A DNA stretch of 64,000 nucleotides from an uncultured Oceaniradius sp. (lineage in GTDB: Bacteria; Pseudomonadota; Alphaproteobacteria; Rhizobiales; Rhizobiaceae): NCBI GenBank assembly GCA_964606055.1, contig CAZSFA010000001.1, positions 7,867 through 71,866 on the forward strand, in the 5' to 3' direction. The position numbers and the translations under genes are program-made. Positions 1 to 9,184 of this stretch are shown here, one piece after another; position 1 is the stretch's first letter, and every line of letters begins with the position of its first letter. Below the pieces are notes generated by a model. That model saw nothing but the letters and a program-made list of their open reading frames with translations. It was not told where the DNA came from and searched no databases.

Positions 1-78
1 CTCCAAGGCCGGACGGCGCCCTGCTGATTGTCTGTCTCCCATCGGCCGACCGCATGGCATGCGCCGGATCAGGCCAAT

Positions 79-98
79 TTCTGCACTCGTGTGCAGAA
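79..98. promoter_or_regulatory. LacI-type palindromic operator
   Basis: TTCTGCAC-TCGT-GTGCAGAA inverted repeat with a central CG, upstream of a LacI-family gene. Confidence 0.6.
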
Positions 99-218
99 TT
101 CATAGCATGGCACTTGACTTCGATCGGTCAAGACCGAAGATGAAAAAAAACGCGCAACGCACCGGACAGGGGCAGAAGAACGGGATGAAGTGCTGATGAT
201 TGGCGAGCAGTTCGCACC

Positions 219-1211
219 GTGAAAGCAAGGAACGTGACATCCACCGACGTGGCCCGCGCCGTTGGTGTTTCGCGTTCGACCGTCTCGCGCGCGTTTATTC
301 CGGAGGCTTACGTCAAGCCGGAGGTAAGGCAAAGAATACTAAGTGTTTCCAACAAGATGGGTTATACACCCAACGTTCTCGCGCGCGCATTGATCTCGCA
401 GGAAAGCCCGATCGTCGGGATCATCATGCACACGTTGTCCAATCCGTTCCACGCCGCGCTCTATTCGGAACTGAGCAACAAGATGCAGAGCGCGGGCCTG
501 ACCCCGATCACCGCGCAACTTTCGGAGGCCGGCGACGTCAAGGCTGCGCTCGAAGCCTTCCGCCAGTATCGGGTTCAGCGCGTCGTTCTGACCTCGTTCG
601 CAGTTACAGAGCCGGTTGTGGAGGCGTGCCTGGACTCGGGGCTCGAAGTCTTCCTGCTCAATCGCACCGACCGGATGGGACGCACATCGGCGGTCTGCGC
701 CGACCTGACCCAGGGCGGCCGGCTCGCGGCCGATCATCTGGTCGGCAGGGGACACTCCAGGATCGCCATCGTCGATGGACTGGCCGGCTCCTGGACCGCC
801 ACCGCCCGCGCCGAAGGCTACATTCAGGGACTGACCGCCCATGGCCTGGAGCCGGTCCTGCGCATCGAGGGCGACTACACATACGAGGCTGGCGCGGCGG
901 CAGCCGATGTGATCCGCAATGCCGGCTGCAACCCTGACGGCGTGTTGTGCGCCAACGATCTGTGCGCGTTCGGACTGATCGACGCGCTGCGCGCGGACAG
1001 TTGCCGCGTGCCCGACGACGTCGCGGTGGTGGGTTTCGACGACGTGCCAATGGCCGCCTGGGGTGCCTACCAGTTGACATCCGTGCGCCTGCCCATCAAC
1101 CAGATGGTGGACCGGCTGCTCGATCTGCTCATGCGGACGGCCGTTGCCGACGAGGCCCTGACCGAGGTGACGTTCGTGCCCTGCCGCCTTGTGGAACGCG
1201 CGACCGGCTGA
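219..1211 (+). CDS. LacI family transcriptional regulator
   Basis: N-terminal HTH (TSTDVARAVGVSRSTVSRA), YTPNVLARAL hinge, C-terminal VPDDVAVVGFDD. Confidence 0.93.
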   Translation: MKARNVTSTDVARAVGVSRSTVSRAFIPEAYVKPEVRQRILSVSNKMGYTPNVLARALISQESPIVGIIMHTLSNPFHAALYSELSNKMQSAGLTPITAQLSEAGDVKAALEAFRQYRVQRVVLTSFAVTEPVVEACLDSGLEVFLLNRTDRMGRTSAVCADLTQGGRLAADHLVGRGHSRIAIVDGLAGSWTATARAEGYIQGLTAHGLEPVLRIEGDYTYEAGAAAADVIRNAGCNPDGVLCANDLCAFGLIDALRADSCRVPDDVAVVGFDDVPMAAWGAYQLTSVRLPINQMVDRLLDLLMRTAVADEALTEVTFVPCRLVERATG

Positions 1212-1233
1212 CCCGCGTCGCCCGGCCGCGCCG

Positions 1234-1860
1234 TCAGTGGGACATCGGCGCCGGCATGGCGAACAGCAGTTTCACGTAGGTTCTCAACTGCATGATCTGG
1301 GCGGACACCGTTTCGCGTTCGCCGAGCACCCGTTGCAGCACGATCGCGCCCTCGACAACACCGGACACCATGTCACCGAGCGCATCCAGATCGATCGGCT
1401 CACGCGGCGCGTAGACCGCCGCGATCTCCTCGAACATCGCCCGGAAGCGGGCGCGCCAGCCCAGGATCGCCCGCCGGTTCAACTCACGCACACCCCGGTC
1501 GAACAGGCGATCCTGATAGGCGGCCGCAGCGATCACGCACCCCGGATGGCCGTTGGGCAGGTCATCCAGCATCTCGGCGAGCAGTTTCAGGCCGATCAGC
1601 ATCGCATGCAGCGGGTCGTCATTGAGTTCGCGCGCCCGACCAAAGATGTCATCGAACAGCGCGTTCTCGGCGTCGATGTAGCGTTCGATCAGGGCGCGGG
1701 CGAGCGCGTTCTTGTCCTTGAAGTGATAGAAGAAGCCGCCACGAGAGATGTGCGCGGTGGCGACGATCTCCTCGATCGACGTCGCCTCGAAGCCTTTTTC
1801 CAGCACCGCCTTTTCGGCGATGTCCATGATCAGCGTCCTGGTGTCAGGTCTGACTGCCAT
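1234..1860 (-). CDS. TetR/AcrR family transcriptional regulator
   Basis: KGFEATSIEEIVATAHISRGGFFYHFKDK HTH motif. Confidence 0.93.
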   Translation of the reverse strand: MAVRPDTRTLIMDIAEKAVLEKGFEATSIEEIVATAHISRGGFFYHFKDKNALARALIERYIDAENALFDDIFGRARELNDDPLHAMLIGLKLLAEMLDDLPNGHPGCVIAAAAYQDRLFDRGVRELNRRAILGWRARFRAMFEEIAAVYAPREPIDLDALGDMVSGVVEGAIVLQRVLGERETVSAQIMQLRTYVKLLFAMPAPMSH

Positions 1861-2049
1861 CCCGCGTCCAATCCACTGTACCGCGAGTCCACTTGACCGG
1901 TGCGTGGCGTGGGCAATGATCCCGACACATCAGCCAAGCCTCTGATTTCAATAGCTTAAATTCTAGCGGCGGCACTATACCACGCGCTCACTGGTCGCGC
2001 CATGGCGTGACCGCCTATCTCCCGGCCCGACGCACCAAGGAGATAAGCG

Positions 2050-2994
2050 ATGCGTATTGACACTTTGAAAAATGCACCCCGGTTCTTTCTTGCCGACGGG
2101 GGCCTTGAAACCTTCATGATCTTCGACCGGGGCTTTGATCTTCCCCATTTTTCCGCCGCCGTCCTTCTGGATACCGAGCACGGCCGCGCCGCATTGACAG
2201 ACTACTTTGACCGCTACGCCGAACTGGCGCGCAACGCGGGCCGCGGTTTCGTCATGGACACCCCGACATGGCGCGCCGGCGCCGCCTGGGCCGAGCCGAT
2301 GGGCCTCAGCGTCGATGCGGTTCTGCAGATCAACAGGCGCGCGGTCGCGTTTGTCGACGCGATCCGTGCGCGCCACGAAACCCCGGCGCTGCCCATCGTG
2401 CTCAATGGCGTGGTTGGCCCGGCCGGCGATGCCTACGCGACGGACACGACATTTTCGGCACAGCAGGCGCGGGACATCCACGCGCCCCAGATCGAAGCGC
2501 TTGGTCGTGCCGGCGTCGACCTGATCAGCGCGATGACGCTGAACCATGCCGGCGAAGGAGCCGGCATCGCGCTCGCCGCGCGCCGGATCGATGTGCCCGT
2601 GGTGATCTCGTTCACCGTCGAAACGGACGGACGACTGCCCTCGGGCCAGTCGATCGGGGATGCCATCGGCGAGGTCGACGCGATCTCGGCCGCAACGCCG
2701 ATCTACTACATGATCAACTGCGCCCACCCGGACCATTTCCGCGAGGCGATCCGGACGTCCGAACCCTGGGTCAAACGCATTGGCGGCATCCGCGCCAACG
2801 CCTCACGCATGAGCCACGCCGAACTCGACGCCGCCGAACACCTCGACGACGGCGATCCGGTCGAGCTGGGCCATCTTCATCACGAGTTGATCGAACTGTT
2901 GCCAAACATCCGGGTGATCGGCGGCTGCTGCGGCACCGACCACCGGCATGTTGGCTGCATTGCCGGGCACGCAAACCGCCGTTCAGCGGCCTGA
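2050..2994 (+). CDS. Homocysteine S-methyltransferase family protein
   Basis: LADGGLET start, MINCAHP and GGCCGT zinc-ligand motifs; AGGAG RBS. Confidence 0.88.
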   Translation: MRIDTLKNAPRFFLADGGLETFMIFDRGFDLPHFSAAVLLDTEHGRAALTDYFDRYAELARNAGRGFVMDTPTWRAGAAWAEPMGLSVDAVLQINRRAVAFVDAIRARHETPALPIVLNGVVGPAGDAYATDTTFSAQQARDIHAPQIEALGRAGVDLISAMTLNHAGEGAGIALAARRIDVPVVISFTVETDGRLPSGQSIGDAIGEVDAISAATPIYYMINCAHPDHFREAIRTSEPWVKRIGGIRANASRMSHAELDAAEHLDDGDPVELGHLHHELIELLPNIRVIGGCCGTDHRHVGCIAGHANRRSAA

Positions 2995-3020
2995 AACACG
3001 CAAACCCAAAGGAACCAGAC

Positions 3021-3584
3021 ATGTTGAAACAATCACTTTGCGCGGCCGTCCTGCTGCTGCCCGCCCTTTCGATGGCCCGGGCAGAACCGGTCACACGCTT
3101 CGATGTGGCCGAAGACCATACACGCTTCGTCTTCGCGCCTGCCCCGGTGCACGAGAACGGCATGCCCGCGCACGGCAATCCGTTCGTCACCCAAGGCTAC
3201 ATCTACCCGGCGGGTACGCTCGCCGGCAACGTCGCCGGCGTTCTTGATGACGGCAGTCCTGCCTTTCCCGACCGGGTGCTCGGCACCTGGACCTGCGACG
3301 GCTGGTTCGTGGGCGAGGGCGGAAACGCGCAGGGCGGTGTCTGGCTGGTCAGCCGGCAGATCTATGCGTTCTCCGATGGCGACGTGCTGATCACGCAGGG
3401 AACCGAGATCGCCGACATCGACACCTCCAACGCACGCCCGATCACCGGCGGCACCGGCGATTATGCCGAGGTCGACGGCGTCATGATGCAGCGTCTTCTG
3501 GGTTTCACGGAGCACATGGGGGTCAACGCCAGCTTCGAGATCATCGGCAGCAATCCGCAAACCGAACCGGCCAAGGCCGGCTGA
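3021..3584 (+). CDS. Secreted hypothetical protein (possible allene-oxide-cyclase/dirigent-like barrel)
   Basis: ATG at 3021 after AAGGA; signal peptide MLKQSLCAAVLLLPALSMARA; PITGGTGDY motif. The ORF-track N-terminal extension overlaps the upstream gene. Confidence 0.7.
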   Translation: MLKQSLCAAVLLLPALSMARAEPVTRFDVAEDHTRFVFAPAPVHENGMPAHGNPFVTQGYIYPAGTLAGNVAGVLDDGSPAFPDRVLGTWTCDGWFVGEGGNAQGGVWLVSRQIYAFSDGDVLITQGTEIADIDTSNARPITGGTGDYAEVDGVMMQRLLGFTEHMGVNASFEIIGSNPQTEPAKAG

Positions 3585-3658
3585 CCATCCACCCCGCATG
3601 ACTGCGCGCGGCGTGACCCGGACGTTGCGCCGCGCTCGATCCCAACAGGTGCATTACC

Positions 3659-4258
3659 ATGAACCATCGCAACCGAAATCGTTTCTCCATCCGACCCGCC
3701 ACTGCCGAGGATGCGAGCGACCTTGCCAATCTGGTCGCCATCGCCGGCGACGGCCTGCCGCTCGTCGTCTGGGAGACCATGCGCGAGCACGGCGAAACCG
3801 CCATGGATGTCGGTCGGCGCAGGGCCGCGCGGCCGGAGGGCTCGTTTTCCTACGTCAACGCCGACGTGGCCGTGATTGGCACCGACATCGCATCGGCGAT
3901 CGTGTCCTATCCGCTGCCGCCCGACATGGCACCCGAACCGGTCGACGACGTGCCGCCGATCTTCCAGCCCCTGGTGGCGCTGGAAAACGCGGTCATCGCA
4001 AGCTGGTACATCAACGTGCTGGCGACCTATCCGGATCATCGACGCACGGGAACGGCCACGGCGCTTCTGGCCCATGTGGAGGAACGCGCCCGGCAGGCCG
4101 GCTACCAGCGCCTCAGCCTGATCACCGGCGACATCAATCCGGCGCTGGACTTCTACGGCCGGCTCGGCTTCGGCGAGATGGAACGCGCCAAAATCGTCAA
4201 GGATGGCTGGGACTATGCCGGCGCAAACTGGGTCTTGATGACAAAGCCGATCGGCTGA
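3659..4258 (+). CDS. GNAT family N-acetyltransferase
   Basis: IRPAT start, LATYPDHRRTGTATALL acetyl-CoA motif, NPALDFYGRLGF. Confidence 0.88.
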   Translation: MNHRNRNRFSIRPATAEDASDLANLVAIAGDGLPLVVWETMREHGETAMDVGRRRAARPEGSFSYVNADVAVIGTDIASAIVSYPLPPDMAPEPVDDVPPIFQPLVALENAVIASWYINVLATYPDHRRTGTATALLAHVEERARQAGYQRLSLITGDINPALDFYGRLGFGEMERAKIVKDGWDYAGANWVLMTKPIG

Positions 4259-4331
4259 TGCCAATCGTCTTGCATGTGCCATGTTGACTGCCGACATGGC
4301 GCTGCCACCGAACAATCGAATGGAGACTGTC

Positions 4332-5222
4332 ATGGCGATCGCCAAAGGCCTGTCGGCATTTCCCATCACGCCTGCGGACGACGCCGGCCGTGTGGACGTC
4401 GACGCGCTCGCCCACCTTCTGACCCGGCTCAGGAACGCCGGCGTCGACTCGGTCGGCCTGCTGGGCAGCACCGGCACCTATGCCTATCTGAGCCGGACCG
4501 AACGCCAACGCGCCATTGAGGCGGCGTCCGCCTGCATCGGCGGCGATGTCCAGCTGGTCGTTGGCGTAGGGGCGTTGCGGACCGACGAGGTCGTCGCACT
4601 GACGCGGCACGCACAACAATCGGGTGCCGATGCCGTGCTGCTGGCGCCGATGTCATACACGCCGCTGACCGATGAGGAAGTCTACCGGCACTATCGCGCA
4701 GCGGCCGGGGCGACCGACCTGCCGGTCTGCATCTACAACAATCCGGCAACGACGCACTTTTCCTTCAGCCTCGTGCTTCTCGAACGGCTGTCCCGTATTG
4801 CCAACATCACAGCCGTCAAGATGCCGCTGCCCGCGGACGGCAACCTCGCCAACGATGTGCGCCGTATGCGCGACGCACTGCCGGACGGCTTCGTGATCGG
4901 GTACAGCGGCGATTGGGGCTGCGCCGATGCACTGCTTGCCGGAGCCGACACGTGGTTCAGCGTCATCGGCGGCATTCTCCCCGAGCCCGCTCTGGCGCTG
5001 ACCCGCGCCGCCCAAGCGGGCGACGCGGACCTTGCGCGAACGATCAACGCCCGGTTCGGGCCGCTATGGACGCTGTTTCAGACGTTCGGCAGCCTGCGCG
5101 TGGTCTACGCAATCGCGGGCATGCTTGGAGCAACCGATTTGGCCCCGCCGCGACCGGTTCTGCCGCTTGGCCCGGACGATCGACGCCGGGTCGAAGCCGC
5201 ACTCGAACAGATCGAGGCATGA
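4332..5222 (+). CDS. Dihydrodipicolinate synthase family aldolase/lyase
   Basis: GLSAFPITP, LGSTG, IYNNP and AVK Schiff-base Lys; start chosen at ATG after GGAG. Confidence 0.87.
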   Translation: MAIAKGLSAFPITPADDAGRVDVDALAHLLTRLRNAGVDSVGLLGSTGTYAYLSRTERQRAIEAASACIGGDVQLVVGVGALRTDEVVALTRHAQQSGADAVLLAPMSYTPLTDEEVYRHYRAAAGATDLPVCIYNNPATTHFSFSLVLLERLSRIANITAVKMPLPADGNLANDVRRMRDALPDGFVIGYSGDWGCADALLAGADTWFSVIGGILPEPALALTRAAQAGDADLARTINARFGPLWTLFQTFGSLRVVYAIAGMLGATDLAPPRPVLPLGPDDRRRVEAALEQIEA

Positions 5223-5242
5223 GCGGATAACCAACGCCGCGC

Positions 5243-6328
5243 TCAGTCGCCCAGCAAAGCAGCGATGCCGGCGTTTCGGGCTGTCTCCTCGATCGCGGCC
5301 AGCGTGACCGCGTCGACGGGGATGCCGTTGGCCAGCCGTTCCACCCGCGTTCGGCGTTCGGCCTCGCCCGGCAGCATGATGTCGGTCTCGCCGCCATCGT
5401 TTTCCGAACACAGCCATTCACCGACCGCCGCTTGCGCAGCGCCATAGCCGGCGGTTCCGCCAAGTGCGTCGGGATCAATGATCATCGAGACCATCGAGTT
5501 GATGATGGCCGTGTCGGGCGGCGGTGCAACCTGCGCCGGCGCGCCGGTCAATGCCGCTGCCATGAGTTCGCAGGTCAGCGCGAGCGCGGCGCCCTTGTGC
5601 TCGCCGAACGGCAACAGCGCGCCAAGCGGTGCGGCCATCATCACCGAAGGGTCATTGGTCGGCCGACCAGCGGCATCGAGCAGGGTTCCGGGCGGCACCT
5701 CGACGCCCTTGTTGGCCGCAACACGCACCTTGCCCATCGCCAGCCGGCTTGTGGCGAAGTCGACGATGACCGGCGGACGACCGTCGGCCGAGGGAAAGCC
5801 CGCCGCGAACGGGTTGGTGCTCAACCGCGCCTTCGTGCCGCCGTGCGGCGCAACGAGCGGTTTGGAGATGACGTTGACGAAATGCACCGACACCAGACCC
5901 GCAGCGGCGCACTGCTCCGCCCAGTGTCCGATCCGGCCAATGTGGTAGCTGTTGCGCAGCGCGACCAGCGCCATGCCGTGCTCGCGCGCGTGGGCGATGC
6001 CTTCGGAAATCGCGCGATGCGCCATGATCTGGCCAAATCCACGTCCGGCATCGCACACAAGCATGCCGCCCGCGGGCTTGTGCACGGCCAGTTGATGGCC
6101 GAGCCGCAGATCGCCAGCCGCGATGGCGCGGCCATACTCGGGGGCCATGCCCACGCCGTGCGAGTCATGGCCGCGAAGATTGGCCTCGACCAGATGATCA
6201 GCGATGAGCACCGCCTCTTCGGCGGCAACACCGAGGGCGCCAAACAGATCGCGCATCGCAGCATCGAGCACGTCGGCCCGCAGGTGTCGCGTCTCGCCCA
6301 TCTTGATCATGCCCCTCGCGTTCGCCAT
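5243..6328 (-). CDS. Malate/lactate/ureidoglycolate (Ldh_2) family 2-hydroxyacid dehydrogenase
   Basis: ANLRGHDSHG, HIGRIGHWAEQ, STNP, LLPFGEHKG motifs. Confidence 0.9.
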   Translation of the reverse strand: MANARGMIKMGETRHLRADVLDAAMRDLFGALGVAAEEAVLIADHLVEANLRGHDSHGVGMAPEYGRAIAAGDLRLGHQLAVHKPAGGMLVCDAGRGFGQIMAHRAISEGIAHAREHGMALVALRNSYHIGRIGHWAEQCAAAGLVSVHFVNVISKPLVAPHGGTKARLSTNPFAAGFPSADGRPPVIVDFATSRLAMGKVRVAANKGVEVPPGTLLDAAGRPTNDPSVMMAAPLGALLPFGEHKGAALALTCELMAAALTGAPAQVAPPPDTAIINSMVSMIIDPDALGGTAGYGAAQAAVGEWLCSENDGGETDIMLPGEAERRTRVERLANGIPVDAVTLAAIEETARNAGIAALLGD

Positions 6329-6375
6329 CGTCGACGCACAACCGTTCGTCGGGATCGAGCGAATTCAACTCATCA

Positions 6376-6391
6376 TATTATGCGAATAGCA
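6376..6391. promoter_or_regulatory. Degenerate copy of TGTTA-N6-TAACA operator
   Basis: TATTA-TGCGAA-TAGCA in a divergent intergenic region; 3 mismatches to the 29734 copy. Confidence 0.45.
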
Positions 6392-6539
6392 TTGTAACTG
6401 TGCAATTGTTTTGATTTGATTGGTATGGCGCGGATTGGCGGGCCGGCGTCCTTGGTCGCCCAGCGTGTCGGCCGCAAACATGTTCGCCCGCGCAGTCCAC
6501 GCCACGGCGTGGCGATCATCCTTCCAGCGAGTACCCAAC

Positions 6540-8036
6540 ATGACCAAGACCGTCCTTGTTGCCGGCCTCTACCACGAGACGCACAGCTTCCTTGCCCAGA
6601 CAACGACGATGGCTGACTTCCAGCGCGACATTGTGCGCCACGGCCGGGATGTCGTCGATCAGGCCGCGGGCGACGGATCGCCGATGGACGGGTTTCTCAC
6701 CACCGCCAAGGAGCTTGGCTGGGCAGTGATACCGTCCGTGCACATGAGCGCATTTCCGGCCGGAACGGTCGAAGACGCCGTCGTCGAAGCGTTCGAGCAT
6801 CGACTGTTTGCCGACATTGGACGGCACCTGTCGGACATCGACGCCATCTTCCTCGTGCTGCACGGCGCGATGGTCAGCCAATCCCGACAGGATGTCGAAG
6901 GCGAGATGATCAAGCGACTGCGAGAGCATCTGGGCGAACGTGCTTCTGATCTGCCGGTCGTTGGTGTGCTCGACCTGCACGCCAACGTGTCGCAAGCCAT
7001 GGTCGACAACTCCACGCTTCTGGTCGCCTACCGCGAAAACCCGCACAATGATGCGCGCCAGACCGCCGTGCGTGCGACGCGCCTCCTCGCCGATCTCCTT
7101 GAGCGCCCGGGCACCGCGCAACTTCACCACCCGACCCCGTACATCCTGCCACCGGTCGGTGTCGGCTCGGCCAACGAGCCCATGAAGAGCGTGCTGGCGA
7201 GCGCCCGCGCCATCGAGGCAACAGACCCCGACATCGTGTGCATCAACGTCATGGCCGGCTACTCCTATGCCGACATCGCCGATTGCGGTTTCAGCCTCAA
7301 CTGCACGACGCGCGGCCCGATCGAACAGGCGGTCGCGCACCTGCGTTCGCTGCAAGACGTGTTGGAGCGCAATCTTGAGGCCGCCTATCCACGCGATCAC
7401 ACGCTGGACGAGGCGCTGGCTCTGGCCGATGCGTCGCCTGCCGGCGAAGGCCCGGTGTTGCTTGTCGAGCCTGCGGACAACATTGGCGGTGGCGCGCCGG
7501 GCGATGCAACCGGCGTTCTCGAACCTCTGTTGGCCACGGGCAGGACCGGTATCGTCGCCGCGATCAACGACCCCGAGGCGGTTGCAGCCTGCAGCAGCGC
7601 CGGCGTGGGCGGCGAAGTGACCGTGGAGATCGGCGGCAAGACCGACGCCCATCACGGCGCGCCCGTTCGTTTCAAGGGCCATGTCCGGCACCTGTCCGAT
7701 GGCGCGTTCGAACTGGAGAACCCGCATTCGCACATGGCATCGATGGGCGGCACACATATCCGTATGGGTGATTGCGCGGTCATCGCCAACGATCAGGCAA
7801 CGGTCGTGTTGACCAGCAAGAAGACGGCGCCGATGGATCTGGGACACCTGCATTCGCAGGGCGTGCGGCCCGAAGATGCGGCCTTCGTGATCATCAAGGC
7901 CGCCGTCTCACACAAGGACGCTTACGACCCGATCGCCCGGGCAAGTTTCTATATCGATAGTCCGGGCCTGTGCACCAGCAATCTCAAACGCCTGCCTTAC
8001 ACCAACATCGGCGACAAGCGCATCGCTCTGGACTGA
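6540..8036 (+). CDS. M81 (MlrC-like) metallopeptidase/amidohydrolase
   Basis: HETHSF, LHGAM, DLHAN, YRENPH, DNIGGG motifs. Confidence 0.88.
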   Translation: MTKTVLVAGLYHETHSFLAQTTTMADFQRDIVRHGRDVVDQAAGDGSPMDGFLTTAKELGWAVIPSVHMSAFPAGTVEDAVVEAFEHRLFADIGRHLSDIDAIFLVLHGAMVSQSRQDVEGEMIKRLREHLGERASDLPVVGVLDLHANVSQAMVDNSTLLVAYRENPHNDARQTAVRATRLLADLLERPGTAQLHHPTPYILPPVGVGSANEPMKSVLASARAIEATDPDIVCINVMAGYSYADIADCGFSLNCTTRGPIEQAVAHLRSLQDVLERNLEAAYPRDHTLDEALALADASPAGEGPVLLVEPADNIGGGAPGDATGVLEPLLATGRTGIVAAINDPEAVAACSSAGVGGEVTVEIGGKTDAHHGAPVRFKGHVRHLSDGAFELENPHSHMASMGGTHIRMGDCAVIANDQATVVLTSKKTAPMDLGHLHSQGVRPEDAAFVIIKAAVSHKDAYDPIARASFYIDSPGLCTSNLKRLPYTNIGDKRIALD

Positions 8037-8042
8037 CATACG

Positions 8043-9152
8043 ATGCATTTGACGGCTGAGGCACCCTTCACGATCTGGAAAAACCCCGCGCCGCTGCTGG
8101 TCAGCCGTCAGGCTGTGTTCCCCGGCGTGGTGCGGCTGCAAGACGCGACGCTGATCGCGCTTTTTGCCATCGGCCAGGCCTTTGATGCCACGGACCAGCG
8201 GATGCATGTCAGCCGCAGCGATGACGGTGGCGCGACATGGAGCGACCCGCGGCCGCTTTACCCCGGCGATCATCTCGCGCACCACGAATCGGAAACGCTC
8301 AAGCCCCTGCTTTTGACGGACGGTTCGCTGCTGGCAGCAGGTTACGGTTTCGTCCGGCCCGATGCGATGACGCCGATCGTCGACCCGCAAACCGGCGCCG
8401 TCGCGCCGATGCGCAACAAGGTGAGCCGGTCGCACGATGGCGGCAGGACCTGGTCGCCAAGCGTGCCGTTTGAGGTCGAAGGTCGGCCACTCGAACTGTC
8501 GGGGCCCTGCATCCAATTGGCATCCGGCGCGATCATCGGCGCCGCGCCGCCCTTCCATCTCAGTGGAAACGGGCAGGAAGGCTGGCTCATCCGGTCCGAT
8601 GATCAGGGCGCAAGCTGGAACCGGCAATCGGTGTTCTTTGCCGCGCCCGATGGCAACGTTGCGCCGTGGGAATGCCGGCTGGCCGATCTGGGCTCGAACC
8701 GGATTGCCGTCCTGTTCTGGGCTTATGACGCGGCTGCAGGCCAAAACCGCAACAACCATCTGGCGATCTCGCGCGATGGAGGCGCAAGCTTCGCGCCGGC
8801 GATCGACACCGGCATTGCGGGACAGGCCGCCAACCTCATGTATCTGGGCGATGAACGGCTCCTGACCATTCACTGTCATCGCGAGCCGCCGGTCTCCCTG
8901 ACCGGGCGTGTGCTTCGGCTTGATACCGACGATCGCGTCACCGTCGAAGCCGAATGCCCGCTGCTCGCCGGCGGTAGCGCCGCATCGCAGGCGAACGCCG
9001 TCGATCAGTTCGCCAGCCTGTCATTCGGCCAACCGGGCTTGACGAACCTGGGCGATGGCGACTTCCTCGCCAGCTGGTGGCAGGTCGACGATGGCCAACA
9101 CGTCATCAAGGCGTGCCGGCTTAAGCTGGGCGACGGAAAGACGCCCGCCTAA
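8043..9152 (+). CDS. BNR/Asp-box beta-propeller (sialidase-like) protein
   Basis: Four Asp boxes: SRSDDGGATW, SRSHDGGRTW, RSDDQGASW, SRDGGASF; no signal peptide. Confidence 0.8.
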   Translation: MHLTAEAPFTIWKNPAPLLVSRQAVFPGVVRLQDATLIALFAIGQAFDATDQRMHVSRSDDGGATWSDPRPLYPGDHLAHHESETLKPLLLTDGSLLAAGYGFVRPDAMTPIVDPQTGAVAPMRNKVSRSHDGGRTWSPSVPFEVEGRPLELSGPCIQLASGAIIGAAPPFHLSGNGQEGWLIRSDDQGASWNRQSVFFAAPDGNVAPWECRLADLGSNRIAVLFWAYDAAAGQNRNNHLAISRDGGASFAPAIDTGIAGQAANLMYLGDERLLTIHCHREPPVSLTGRVLRLDTDDRVTVEAECPLLAGGSAASQANAVDQFASLSFGQPGLTNLGDGDFLASWWQVDDGQHVIKACRLKLGDGKTPA

Positions 9153-9184
9153 CGCGTCCGCACCGGCAAACGGAGGAGGGATGA

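Noticed and set aside
6540-8036. Microcystin degradation (mlrC)
   Set aside because: M81 is a broad family and there is no mlrA/B/D context; the same applies to 34688-36211.
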